A stretch of DNA of 64,000 nt from Candidatus Ancaeobacter aquaticus (lineage in GTDB: Bacteria > Auribacterota > Ancaeobacteria > Ancaeobacterales > Ancaeobacteraceae): contig JAVCCP010000067.1 in assembly GCA_030765405.1 (NCBI GenBank), positions 97,051 through 161,050 on the forward strand, read 5' to 3'. A model generated the notes under the pieces. The model was not told where the DNA came from. It ran no database searches and was given only the letters and a program-made list of their open reading frames with translations. The translations under genes and the position numbers were made by a program. Within the stretch, counting starts at the first letter, position 1. Every line of letters starts with the position of its first letter. This document shows positions 37,516 through 47,750 of this stretch, piece by piece.

Positions 37516-38811
37516 ATGAAAGCTATACAAATCGGCATTATAGGTTTTGGAACGATCGGAACGGGAGTAGTGAAGAATCTTAAAAAGAATGCTTCACTAT
37601 TATCTGAGCGTCTTGGTGCTCAGATCAAAATTAAGGGTATCGCGGACATTGATATAAAGAAGAAACGAAGTGTCTCTGTCCCTCAATCGCTTTTAACGAA
37701 AGATGCTCATAAACTTTTAAATGATCCCGATATAGATATTATTGTTGAGCTGGTTGGCGGTTACGAGCCTGCTAAATCATTTATTTTAAAGGCATTAAAA
37801 AATGGTAAGCATATAGTAACGGCAAACAAAGCGCTTTTAGCTGTTCACGGTAAAGAATTAGCTGCAGCAGCTGAAAAGGCCGGAAGATCGATATTCTATG
37901 AAGCGAGTGTTGCCGGTGGTATTCCTATTATTAAGGCATTAAGAGAAGGATTTGTCGGAAATAACATAAGCTCAATATTTGGTATCGTTAATGGTACGGC
38001 AAACTATATTCTTACCAAAATGACTAAAGATGGAAGTGAGTTTTCAGAAACGCTCAAAGAGGCACAAGAAAAAGGATATGCTGAAAGCGATCCAACGTTT
38101 GATGTTGAGGGAGATGATTCTGCGCACAAACTAGCAATTCTCGCACGGCTTGCAAGCGGGTACTGGATAGATTATAAGGATATTTATATTGAAGGTATTA
38201 GTGAAATTACTGAAAAGGATATTGAGTATGCGGGAGAATTAGGTTGTGTTATTAAGCTTCTTGCCATCATGAAAGAAAAAGATAATAAGATAGAGGCACG
38301 CGTACATCCGACCCTTATTGCAAAAGATAATCTCTTGTCCACTATAAACGGGGTGTATAACGCGGTATGCGTTGAAGGTGATGTAGTTGGTAAGACGATG
38401 TTTTATGGTAAAGGTGCTGGTGAGGACCCAACGGCAAGTGCGGTGATTAGTGATATTGTCGATATTGCCCGCAATATACTAAATAATGCGCCTGCAAGAA
38501 TACCATCATTTACGACGGTTAAAAAAATTAAAGGCGTAAAGAAAATCGATGAGTTTGAATCACGTGCATATCTGCGTGTATCAGCGCTGGACAGACCAAG
38601 TGTGTTGGCAAAGATTGCCGGGGTTTTGGGTAAATACGAGATAAGCATATCTTCGGTGATGCAAAAAGAACGTAATGTTAAAGGCGGGACAGTTCCTGTT
38701 TTGATGCTGACACATAAAGCAAAAGAAAGAAACCTGAAAAACGCATTAAAAGAACTTGATCGGCTATCAGTTATTAAGAGCAAAACAATAATGATACGTA
38801 TGGAAGATTAA
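37516..38811 (+). CDS. hom: Homoserine dehydrogenase (NAD-binding, catalytic and ACT domains)
   Basis: [13 protein letters not shown] Rossmann fold plus a C-terminal ACT domain. ATG at 37516 follows GGAGAA. Confidence 0.85.
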   Translation: MKAIQIGIIGFGTIGTGVVKNLKKNASLLSERLGAQIKIKGIADIDIKKKRSVSVPQSLLTKDAHKLLNDPDIDIIVELVGGYEPAKSFILKALKNGKHIVTANKALLAVHGKELAAAAEKAGRSIFYEASVAGGIPIIKALREGFVGNNISSIFGIVNGTANYILTKMTKDGSEFSETLKEAQEKGYAESDPTFDVEGDDSAHKLAILARLASGYWIDYKDIYIEGISEITEKDIEYAGELGCVIKLLAIMKEKDNKIEARVHPTLIAKDNLLSTINGVYNAVCVEGDVVGKTMFYGKGAGEDPTASAVISDIVDIARNILNNAPARIPSFTTVKKIKGVKKIDEFESRAYLRVSALDRPSVLAKIAGVLGKYEISISSVMQKERNVKGGTVPVLMLTHKAKERNLKNALKELDRLSVIKSKTIMIRMED

Positions 38812-38828
38812 TATATAAGGGGTTCTCC

Positions 38829-39890
38829 ATGGCAGCAAGCGGAATAATAGATCGATACAGAGAATATTTACCGGTATCAGACAAAACGCCGGTCATTTCA
38901 TTACATGAGGGTGATACACCGCTTATACGCGGCGAGCATTCTGCAGAATATCTCAGTAGTAATATAGAGATATTTTTTAAGTATGAGGGACTTAATCCCA
39001 CGGGTTCTTTTAAGGATAGAGGCATGACAATGGCTATCTCTAAGGCTGTTGAAGAGGGTTCAAAGGCTGTGATGTGCGCATCAACAGGTAATACCTCGGC
39101 ATCAGCCGCAGCTTACAGTGCACGTGCAGGGTTAGAGTGTATTGTTCTTCTTCCAAAAGGTGCTATTGCAATGGGTAAACTTGCTCAAGCACTTGTACAT
39201 GGGGCTAATGTGATAGCAGTTGAAGGAAATTTTGATGATGCCCTGCGCATAGTGAGAGAGATTACTGATAAATATCCTATAACGTTAGTGAATTCACTAA
39301 ATCCATATCGTATTGAAGGACAAAAAAGCGCTGCATTTGAAATATGTGATGAGTTTAACGGGGAAGTGCCTGATTATCATGCTATTCCTGTTGGTAATGC
39401 AGGTAATATTACTGCGTATTGGAAAGGATTTAAGGAGTATCACAAAAATAATAAAATAAAAAAACTGCCAAAGATGATTGGTTTTCAAGCGGCAGGTTCC
39501 GCGCCGATTGTGGAGAATAGAGTTATTGAAGATCCTCAGACAATTGCGACCGCGATTAAGATAGGAAATCCTGCAAGCTGGCAACAAGCCGTGGACGCTA
39601 TGAACGAGTCAAGCGGTCTTATTGACAAGGTGACAGATGATGAGATACTTGAAGCGTACAAAATACTTGCTTCACGTGAAGGAATCTTTGTTGAACCCGC
39701 ATCAGCTGCATCACTTGCCGGAGTCATAAAAAAGGATAAAAGCGGTTATTTTGGAGATAAAAAAGTAAGGATAACGTGCACGGTAACAGGACATGGTCTC
39801 AAAGATCCAGATACTGCGCTTAAGTCTGTTTCCGATCCGGTTGTTGTAAAAGCTGATAGTAGTGAAGTTTTGAAAGTTATTGGTTTATAA
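38829..39890 (+). CDS. thrC: Threonine synthase
   Basis: PLP-lysine motif GSFKDRG. 353 aa, short-form ThrC. Confidence 0.85.
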   Translation: MAASGIIDRYREYLPVSDKTPVISLHEGDTPLIRGEHSAEYLSSNIEIFFKYEGLNPTGSFKDRGMTMAISKAVEEGSKAVMCASTGNTSASAAAYSARAGLECIVLLPKGAIAMGKLAQALVHGANVIAVEGNFDDALRIVREITDKYPITLVNSLNPYRIEGQKSAAFEICDEFNGEVPDYHAIPVGNAGNITAYWKGFKEYHKNNKIKKLPKMIGFQAAGSAPIVENRVIEDPQTIATAIKIGNPASWQQAVDAMNESSGLIDKVTDDEILEAYKILASREGIFVEPASAASLAGVIKKDKSGYFGDKKVRITCTVTGHGLKDPDTALKSVSDPVVVKADSSEVLKVIGL

Positions 39891-39913
39891 ACGTTGAGAA
39901 TAAGGAATCTATT

Positions 39914-41116
39914 ATGAAATACGTTGTAATTGTTGGCGATGGAATGGCAGATTTTCCGATTTCCGAACTGAACAATAAAACCCCGCTTGAAATTGCACGT
40001 ACTCCGCATTTTGACACTATTGCCAAAATAGGTTGTGGCGGCTTAGCGAGAAATGTACCCAAAGGTATGGATCCTGCTAGCGATGTGGCAAATCTTTCAA
40101 TACTTGGGTATGACCCGAAAGAATGTTATTCAGGTCGCGGACCGTTAGAGGCTATTGATATGGGGATAGAGCTTCAGCCTAATCAGGTCGCGTTTCGATG
40201 TAATTTTGTTACGATATCAGATGGAATGATGGCTGATTATAGTGCTGGACATATATCTAATGAAGAAGGTACGGTATTAATAGATCTCCTTAATAAAGAG
40301 CTTGGGGCCGATAGTGTTCAGTTCTATCAAGGGATGAATTATCGAAACATTGTAGTTATAGATGAAGCCAAACTTGAAGATGGGTCGGGGACACTTCACT
40401 GTGTGCCGCCTCATGACATAACGGGTAAACCCATTAATGCAAATATCCCGAGAGGAAAAGGGTCCGAGTTTTTGATCGGTTTAATGGAAAAGGCGGCTAA
40501 TATTCTCGGAACATGCGAAATAAACAAAGTAAGAATTGATCATGGTGAAAATCCAGCGAATATGATTTGGTTGTGGGGATACGGAAAAACACCTCAAATG
40601 GTGAGTTTCCAAGAACGTTTTGGTGTGCGGGGTGCAGTCATATCCGCGGTGAAGTTATTGAAGGGTATTGGCAAAGCGCTGAAAATGGATGTTATTGATG
40701 TCCCCGGGGCAACGGGATACTACGATACAAATTATAAAGGTAAAGCAGAACACTGTTTGAAGGCACTTTCTGAGGGCTGTGACTATGTGTTTGTGCATAT
40801 TGAAGCACCCGATGAAGCGGGACACAATGGTGATCTCACACAAAAAGTACTTGCTATAGAAAATATTGATGAACACGTAGTTAAAGTAATTATGGAAGGT
40901 ATTGCGAAATATGACCAGTATCGAGTGCTTCTTCTTCCTGATCATTACACACCGCTATCGGTAAAAACGCACATTCCTGATCCGGTACCGTTTGTAATGT
41001 GTGGCAGTGACATTAATGCGGATGATATGCAAATTATGAGTGAGAACGAAGCCCAGAAGGGTTCGTGCGGAGTTGTTGAGGGACATGCATTAATGGATAT
41101 GTTGATTCAAAAGTAA
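39914..41116 (+). CDS. Archaeal-type cofactor-independent phosphoglycerate mutase family protein (ApgM-like). Candidate non-orthologous homoserine kinase.
   Basis: VIVGDGMADFPISELNNKTPLEIARTPHFDTIAKIGCGGLARNVP...SDVANLSILGYDP...GRGPLEA...VAFRCNFVT matches the ApgM/TIGR00306 N-terminal signature. It sits between thrC and lysC with 23-nt gaps. Confidence 0.7.
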   Translation: MKYVVIVGDGMADFPISELNNKTPLEIARTPHFDTIAKIGCGGLARNVPKGMDPASDVANLSILGYDPKECYSGRGPLEAIDMGIELQPNQVAFRCNFVTISDGMMADYSAGHISNEEGTVLIDLLNKELGADSVQFYQGMNYRNIVVIDEAKLEDGSGTLHCVPPHDITGKPINANIPRGKGSEFLIGLMEKAANILGTCEINKVRIDHGENPANMIWLWGYGKTPQMVSFQERFGVRGAVISAVKLLKGIGKALKMDVIDVPGATGYYDTNYKGKAEHCLKALSEGCDYVFVHIEAPDEAGHNGDLTQKVLAIENIDEHVVKVIMEGIAKYDQYRVLLLPDHYTPLSVKTHIPDPVPFVMCGSDINADDMQIMSENEAQKGSCGVVEGHALMDMLIQK

Positions 41117-41139
41117 ACAGCTTTGAGGAGGAAATGATC

Positions 41140-42393
41140 ATGTTAGTTGTGCAAAAATATGGCGGGACATCAGTTGGAAGCACGGATAAAATTATGAATG
41201 TTGCTCGCCGGATAATCAAATCAAAGAAAAGTGGAAATGATGTTATTGTTGTTGTGTCTGCAATGAGTGGACAAACGGATAAACTTATAAACATGGCTCA
41301 TGATATTACTGATGATCCCCGTGAACGTGAGATGGATATGCTTGTGTCAACGGGTGAACAGGTCTCAATGTCCCTTTTAGCTATGTGTGTACATGAGCTG
41401 GGTGACGAGGCGATTTCATTTACCGGTTCACAAGTCGGTATTGTTACAGACAGTACGCATACAAAAGCAAAGATACGTAGAGTTATCGGCATGGATAAAG
41501 TGAAAGCAGAGCTTAAGAAAGGGAAAATTGTTATTGTTGCCGGTTTTCAAGGTGTTGATTACAAAAAAAATATTACGACACTTGGGCGTGGTGGATCTGA
41601 TACAACAGCCGTTGCGCTTGCCGCAGTACTAAAGGCAGATCAATGTGAAATATATACTGATGTAGACGGAGTGTATACCACTGACCCGCGTTTGGTGAAA
41701 GATGCTCGTAAGCTCGGCGTGATTTCTTATGACGAGATGTTGGAGCTTGCAAGCCTTGGTGCGAAAGTGATGCATTCACGATCAATTGAAATGGCAAAAA
41801 AATATGGTGTGGTGATACATGTTAGATCAAGTTTTAATGATAATTTGGGGACGTTAATTAAAGAGGAGGATGCTCTTATGGAAAATATAATGGTAAGAGG
41901 TGTTGCACTCAATAGAAATGAAGCAAAGCTAACCATTTTGCATGTGCCGGATAAACCGGGTATTGCGGCAAGAATATTCAAAATAATTTCAGAAAACAAT
42001 ATTAATATTGATATGATCATTCAGAATGTCAGTGAACGAGGGTTTACCGATATATCGTTTACTGTATTGAAGACTGATTTACGTAAAACATATAAAGTTC
42101 TGGAAGTACTCGTGAAAAAAATTGGTGCACGAGGATTGAGTCATGATGAGGACATGGTTAAACTATCAGTTGTGGGCGTTGGAATGAGAAGTCATGCCGG
42201 TATCGCGGCGGCTATGTTTGAAGCTCTCGCATCAAAAAAAGTTAATATTGATATGATCAGCACCTCAGAGATTAAAATATCATGTGTTATACACCGCAAA
42301 GACGCGGAAAAAGCGGTAAAGGCGATTCATGATAAGTTCGGGTTAGCGAAGAAAAAAATGCTAAAAGAAAAAATGGTTGCTGCAAAAAAATAG
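41140..42393 (+). CDS. lysC: Aspartate kinase (monofunctional, two C-terminal ACT domains)
   Basis: VQKYGGTSVGS kinase N-terminus plus tandem ACT domains. The ATG at 41140 is 9 nt after GGAGG. Confidence 0.85.
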   Translation: MLVVQKYGGTSVGSTDKIMNVARRIIKSKKSGNDVIVVVSAMSGQTDKLINMAHDITDDPREREMDMLVSTGEQVSMSLLAMCVHELGDEAISFTGSQVGIVTDSTHTKAKIRRVIGMDKVKAELKKGKIVIVAGFQGVDYKKNITTLGRGGSDTTAVALAAVLKADQCEIYTDVDGVYTTDPRLVKDARKLGVISYDEMLELASLGAKVMHSRSIEMAKKYGVVIHVRSSFNDNLGTLIKEEDALMENIMVRGVALNRNEAKLTILHVPDKPGIAARIFKIISENNINIDMIIQNVSERGFTDISFTVLKTDLRKTYKVLEVLVKKIGARGLSHDEDMVKLSVVGVGMRSHAGIAAAMFEALASKKVNIDMISTSEIKISCVIHRKDAEKAVKAIHDKFGLAKKKMLKEKMVAAKK

Positions 42394-42417
42394 GACAGTA
42401 AATAAAAGGATAATATT

Positions 42418-43983
42418 ATGAAAAAGACATTTATATACGATACAACCTTGCGAGATGGCACTCAGGCTGAAGGTGTATCATTTTCTGTTGCAGATAAAGT
42501 GAGAATAGCTGAACGGCTTGATGGTTTTGGCATAGATTATGTTGAGGGCGGCTGGCCGGGGTCAAATCCGAAAGATATAGAGTTTTTTGATCTCATGAAA
42601 AAAATAAAACTCAAACATGCAAAAATGTCTGCTTTCGGGAGTACACGCAGAGCAAATACACCGGTTGAAAAAGAGACTAATATCCTGAAGCTTCTAGAAG
42701 CTGAGACACCGGTTGTAGCAATATTTGGTAAAAGCTGGATATTGCATGTTACGGATGTTTTAAAAGTATCAAAAGCTGAGAATCTTCGCATGATACAAGA
42801 TTCTGTCGGGTACTTGCATTCAAAAGGAAAAGAAGTTATTTTTGACGCTGAACATTTCTTTGATGGATACAAAGATGATCCTGAATATGCGCTTGAGACA
42901 TTAAAGGTCGCTTCAGAGCACGGTGCGTCAACCTTGGCATTGTGTGACACAAATGGCGGGACCATGCCTAATGAGATAACTGATATTGTAAAAAAGGTAC
43001 ATGCAAATTTTGATACACCGATTGGCATACATGTTCATAATGATGGGGGTATGGCAAACGCAAATAGTATTCTTGCAGTTCTTTCGGGCGCGGTACATGT
43101 GCAGGGAACAATAAACGGCTATGGCGAACGATGCGGCAATGCAAACCTGTGTACTATTGTCCCAAGTTTAGTATTAAAACTGGGATATAAATGTGTTTCA
43201 GAAAAGAAGCTGAAGGAGTTGGTAGAGGTATCACGATTTGTTGATGAGCTCGCGAATTTAAGGCCAAACGATAAACACCCGTATGTTGGGTTAAGCGCAT
43301 TTGCTCATAAAGGCGGAATGCATGTTAATGCAGTAGAAAAAAATCCAAAGACTTTTGAGCATATTGTTCCTGAACTTGTCGGTAATAAGAGAAGAATCTT
43401 GATCTCAGAATTATCAGGTAAAAGTAATGTCTTATTAAAAACAAGTGAACTGGGACTTAGCTTTGCAAAAGATTTCCATGTAACTAAAGACATTATTGAA
43501 AATCTTAAGAAACTTGAGCATGAAGGATATGAGTTTGAAGCTGCAAGTGGATCATTTGAGCTTCTTGTGAAAAAAGCCTTAAAACATCACAAGACATTCT
43601 TTAAGCTTGAAGGGTTCAGAGTAATAGTTGAAAAACGTGAAGATGACAAACTTATATCTGAGGCGACAATAAAGGTGAAGGTTGGTAAAGAAACGGTACA
43701 TACGGCGGCTGAAGGAGAGGGTCCGGTAAACGCACTTGATAATGCTCTCAGAAAAGCACTGTGTCAATTCTACCCTGAAATATCAAAAGTAAAACTTGCC
43801 GATTTCAAGGTGCGTGTACTTGACGCTAAAGCCGGTACTGCTGCAAAAGTACGTGTTCTTATCGAATCAAGCGATGATAAAGAGATCTGGGGGACGGTAG
43901 GTGTGTCAGAGAACATTATTGAAGCAAGCTGGCAAGCACTTGTCGATAGCGTTGAATATAAATTACTAAAAACAAAAAAATAA
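42418..43983 (+). CDS. cimA: (R)-citramalate synthase / 2-isopropylmalate synthase family protein (CimA-type, about 520 aa)
   Basis: [27 protein letters not shown]...HxH...; the length and C-terminal LeuA-dimer-like domain fit CimA better than LeuA. Confidence 0.7.
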   Translation: MKKTFIYDTTLRDGTQAEGVSFSVADKVRIAERLDGFGIDYVEGGWPGSNPKDIEFFDLMKKIKLKHAKMSAFGSTRRANTPVEKETNILKLLEAETPVVAIFGKSWILHVTDVLKVSKAENLRMIQDSVGYLHSKGKEVIFDAEHFFDGYKDDPEYALETLKVASEHGASTLALCDTNGGTMPNEITDIVKKVHANFDTPIGIHVHNDGGMANANSILAVLSGAVHVQGTINGYGERCGNANLCTIVPSLVLKLGYKCVSEKKLKELVEVSRFVDELANLRPNDKHPYVGLSAFAHKGGMHVNAVEKNPKTFEHIVPELVGNKRRILISELSGKSNVLLKTSELGLSFAKDFHVTKDIIENLKKLEHEGYEFEAASGSFELLVKKALKHHKTFFKLEGFRVIVEKREDDKLISEATIKVKVGKETVHTAAEGEGPVNALDNALRKALCQFYPEISKVKLADFKVRVLDAKAGTAAKVRVLIESSDDKEIWGTVGVSENIIEASWQALVDSVEYKLLKTKK

Positions 43984-44001
43984 AGTAGATATAGCGAAGC
44001 T

Positions 44002-46656
44002 ATGGTTGAATTACCAAAACAGTATAATCCTAAAGAAGTTGAGCAAGAAATTAAAGATTTCTGGTTAAATGGTAAATTTGCGCATGCAGATAGTGATAAA
44101 GGAGGCACTCCTTATACTATCGTTATTCCACCGCCTAATATTACCGGTATACTTCACATGGGACATGCTTTGAATAACACTATTCAGGATGTGCTGACAC
44201 GTTGGAAGAGGATGGAAGGGTTTAACGCTCTTTGGCTTCCGGGAACAGATCATGCGGGCATTGCGACACAGAACGTTGTTGAGAAAAAACTGATGCACGA
44301 AAAGAAAACCCGTAAAGATGTAGGACGAGACGCATTTATTGAAAAAGTATGGAAATGGCGTGAAGAATATGGTGGAACGATCATAAAACAGTTAAAGATG
44401 CTTGGCTGTTCATGTGACTGGGATCGTGAACGGTTCACAATGGATGAAGGACTCAGTGATGCGGTGAGCGAAGTATTTATTAAGTTGTATGACAAGGGGC
44501 TGATTTATAGAGGGAACTATATTATTAATTGGTGTCCGCGCTGTGAAACTGCATTATCAGATGAAGAGGCAGAGCACCGTGAAATTGACGGCTCGCTCTA
44601 TTATATCAAATACCATGTAGAAGACTCTAAAGAAACCATTACAGTGGCAACGACGAGACCTGAGACGATGCTTGGTGATGTTGCTGTTGCGATAAATCCT
44701 AAGGATGCACGGTACACTCATCTCATCGATAAAACAATTATACTTCCATTGGTAAACAGAAAAATGAAAGTCATAACTGACGATTTTGTTGATCCGGAGT
44801 TTGGTACCGGTGTTGTAAAAGTAACGCCGGCACATGATCCGAACGATTTTGAAATGGGTCTCAGGCACAAGCTTACGCCCATTAATGTTATGCATGAAAA
44901 CGGTGTTATGAATGAAAATGCCGGTGAAGCATATGAAGGTATGGATAGATTTGAAGCAAGAGAAGCGATCTTACTTGATCTTAAAGAACTCAAACTCCTT
45001 GAAAAGGTAGACCATCATTCACATGCAGTAGGGCATTGTTACCGGTGTCATTCTGTTGTAGAGCCACGTCTTTCACGGCAATGGTTTGTGAAAATGAAAC
45101 CTCTTGCTGAACCAGCGTTAAAAGCACATCGTGACGGAAAAATAAAATTTCATCCTGCCAGATGGAATAAAGTATATACAGAATGGTTAGAAAATATTCG
45201 TGACTGGTGTATATCGCGTCAAATATGGTGGGGACACCGCATACCGGTATGGTATTGTAATGATTGTGATAAAGAAATTGCATCAAAAGATTGTCCTAAA
45301 GAATGTCCGCAGTGCAAGAAACACAGTTTTACCCAAGATGAAGATGTTCTTGATACATGGTTTTCGTCGTGGTTGTGGCCGTTTTCAACATTGGGCTGGC
45401 CGGAAAAAACAAAGGATTTAGACTTCTATTACCCCACAAATTGTCTTGTTACCGCGCAGGAAATAATCTTTTTCTGGGTTGCACGTATGATCATGTCTGG
45501 TATCGAGTTTATGGGGGAGGTGCCCTTTAGTGATGTCTATATTCACGGAACCGTAAGAGATGATAGCGGTACAAAGATGAGTAAATCGCTCGGTAATATT
45601 ATTGATCCACTTGATATAATAGAGAAATATGGCGCAGACGCTTTACGTTTCAGCATTATCATGATAACAAGTCAGGGCCAGGACGTTTATTTATCAGAAG
45701 ATAAGTTTGAAATAGGGAGAAACTTTGCCAATAAGATTTGGAACGCTTCACGATTTCTTATGATGAATTTTGAAGATGTATCAGAACAAAAATTAGATAA
45801 CTATAAAGATATGCTTACTGTCGAAGACAGATATATTTTATCGCGCATGAATTTGACAATAAAAAATGTAAATAAAGCGCTCGGTGAATACCGTTTTAAT
45901 GAAGCATGTCATCTGATATATGATTTTTTCTGGCATTATTATTGTGATCGATACATTGAGTCAGCAAAACTCGATCTTTATAGTGAAAACGACAAAGATA
46001 AGATTAAAACAAAGGTAGTTTTAAAGACTGTTCTTGAAACTTCGATGAAACTCTTACATCCTTTTATGCCGTACATCACAGAAGAAATATGGCGAAAACT
46101 TAATGGTGAAAGTAGTGACACTAAAAAAACTATAATGCACGCTCAGTGGCCACAGGTAAATAAGGTATTTATTGATGAAAAGATAATCTCTAAAGTAGAA
46201 AAAAAGTATGAGATGATACGGTGTGGGAGAAACTTAAGGACAGAATATAAAATACCGCCTAAAAACGAAGTTGAATTCATTTTTAAAGCGGTAAGTGAAG
46301 AGGGTAAAAAATTCTTTGAGTCTGAAAAACCGAATATTATGAAACAGCTTAAAGCATCACAGTTTGATATAGTCGATGAGTTTACTCCCGATAGACCAAT
46401 GGTATCAAATGTATGTGAAACAGGTACGGTCTATCTTTCTTTGGAGGGTAATCTTGATCTCGATGCGGAAAAAGATCGATTGCAAAAATCGATAGAGAAG
46501 CTCGGAACACAGATTGAACAGATCAATAAAAAATTATTGAATAGAAACTTTGTTGAACGAGCACCAAAAGAAGTTGTTGAAAAAGAAGAAAATAATAAAA
46601 AAGAACTCGAAGAAAAGATAAAGAAAATCGAAACAAATATTTCACACCTGCAATAG
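44002..46656 (+). CDS. valS: Valyl-tRNA synthetase
   Basis: HIGH motif (PPPNITGILHMGH), KMSKS motif, editing domain and C-terminal coiled coil. 884 aa. Confidence 0.9.
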   Translation: MVELPKQYNPKEVEQEIKDFWLNGKFAHADSDKGGTPYTIVIPPPNITGILHMGHALNNTIQDVLTRWKRMEGFNALWLPGTDHAGIATQNVVEKKLMHEKKTRKDVGRDAFIEKVWKWREEYGGTIIKQLKMLGCSCDWDRERFTMDEGLSDAVSEVFIKLYDKGLIYRGNYIINWCPRCETALSDEEAEHREIDGSLYYIKYHVEDSKETITVATTRPETMLGDVAVAINPKDARYTHLIDKTIILPLVNRKMKVITDDFVDPEFGTGVVKVTPAHDPNDFEMGLRHKLTPINVMHENGVMNENAGEAYEGMDRFEAREAILLDLKELKLLEKVDHHSHAVGHCYRCHSVVEPRLSRQWFVKMKPLAEPALKAHRDGKIKFHPARWNKVYTEWLENIRDWCISRQIWWGHRIPVWYCNDCDKEIASKDCPKECPQCKKHSFTQDEDVLDTWFSSWLWPFSTLGWPEKTKDLDFYYPTNCLVTAQEIIFFWVARMIMSGIEFMGEVPFSDVYIHGTVRDDSGTKMSKSLGNIIDPLDIIEKYGADALRFSIIMITSQGQDVYLSEDKFEIGRNFANKIWNASRFLMMNFEDVSEQKLDNYKDMLTVEDRYILSRMNLTIKNVNKALGEYRFNEACHLIYDFFWHYYCDRYIESAKLDLYSENDKDKIKTKVVLKTVLETSMKLLHPFMPYITEEIWRKLNGESSDTKKTIMHAQWPQVNKVFIDEKIISKVEKKYEMIRCGRNLRTEYKIPPKNEVEFIFKAVSEEGKKFFESEKPNIMKQLKASQFDIVDEFTPDRPMVSNVCETGTVYLSLEGNLDLDAEKDRLQKSIEKLGTQIEQINKKLLNRNFVERAPKEVVEKEENNKKELEEKIKKIETNISHLQ

Positions 46657-46679
46657 TTTCAATATCTCTAATAATTATC

Positions 46680-46931
46680 ATGAGTAAATTAAAATTAGAT
46701 CTCCACGACATATTTAATAAAGGCAAGAAGATTGAGGATGCTCTTGCATCTATCATGAACGATGCGGTAAAAAAGAAGATAAAAACCGTTGAAATCATTC
46801 CAGGAAAAGGTTCGGGTCAGCTCAAAAAGAAAGTAATAAAGTTTCTTGAAAAAAATAAGGGGATGTATCACCGCATAGAGAAAGATTCGCATAATTGGGG
46901 TAGACTTTTTGTCCATTTCAAACATAACTAG
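46680..46931 (+). CDS. Stand-alone Smr-domain protein
   Basis: LDLHD...EIIPGKGSGQLKKKVIKFL matches the Smr pattern (LDLHG...IIHGKG.G.L). A small hairpin CTAGC-TTT-GCTAG followed by TTTT overlaps the stop. Confidence 0.6.
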   Translation: MSKLKLDLHDIFNKGKKIEDALASIMNDAVKKKIKTVEIIPGKGSGQLKKKVIKFLEKNKGMYHRIEKDSHNWGRLFVHFKHN

Positions 46932-47002
46932 CTTTGCTAGTTTTAACGCAAGGTTATTGTTCTCTGAAAAGGATTCTTTAAAATAAAAGAACACGCAGTG
47001 TT

Positions 47003-47656
47003 TTACCAGTATCCCCATTTCCCTGTCATAAGGACATAGATTCCGAGGCATAGGTTTGTTGTTGCGTGCGCAACGATACAATCAAAAATATTTTTTCGGT
47101 GATAAAGGATGATGTTGTATATAATTGCGGTAACACATGCTGCAATCCATTCCCATGACTGATGCCCAAAAGTAAAAAGCAAAATACTTCCAATGCATGA
47201 AAACCAGGTAAATGCGCCAATAGGCACTTTAGTAAAATCATTTGAGTTAATAAGGTAGCGAATAACGAGTGAACGAATAAACAATTCTTCAAAGAGGGGG
47301 ACTATAAGAACAGCTCCTCCAAGACGAAAACTTACAAGGAATGTGGTTATGTAGATGTTTCCTGAAAGTGGGTTGTAGCCCTCTGCTGGTGGGTGTAGCT
47401 TATCAAAGGGCATATATTCAGTCAGTCCTATCCATAAAAAGAATACGAGGACGCCAAGAATAATAGACAGAAATGAAAAAGAAAAACGTATTTCCTTATA
47501 TTTTTTCCACCAATATACTAAAAGACCCGCCGTAACCAGCGTTTGAATAGGATATATTAAGATAGCGAAGCTACCAAAATATGAAGAAAAAGAGCCAATT
47601 AAGATAAAAGCAATGTACGGAACGATATAAGGTGCTATAATCAAAAATGTTTTCAT
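47003..47656 (-). CDS. CPBP-family (CAAX protease / Abi) intramembrane metalloprotease
   Basis: EELFIRS, FGHQSWEW and HATTN motifs in a multi-TM protein. The true start is the internal ATG (MKTFLIIAPYIV...) at 47656. The ORF-track extension to 47929 overlaps the tex start and is rejected. Confidence 0.7.
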   Translation of the reverse strand: MKTFLIIAPYIVPYIAFILIGSFSSYFGSFAILIYPIQTLVTAGLLVYWWKKYKEIRFSFSFLSIILGVLVFFLWIGLTEYMPFDKLHPPAEGYNPLSGNIYITTFLVSFRLGGAVLIVPLFEELFIRSLVIRYLINSNDFTKVPIGAFTWFSCIGSILLFTFGHQSWEWIAACVTAIIYNIILYHRKNIFDCIVAHATTNLCLGIYVLMTGKWGYW

Positions 47657-47750
47657 ACTGTATTTTTTAGCAGATATTTTATAAAAAAGAAATATAATTA
47701 TAATAATCTTAAAATATGAAATGATATAAATAATAAGAATTGGAGATTCT

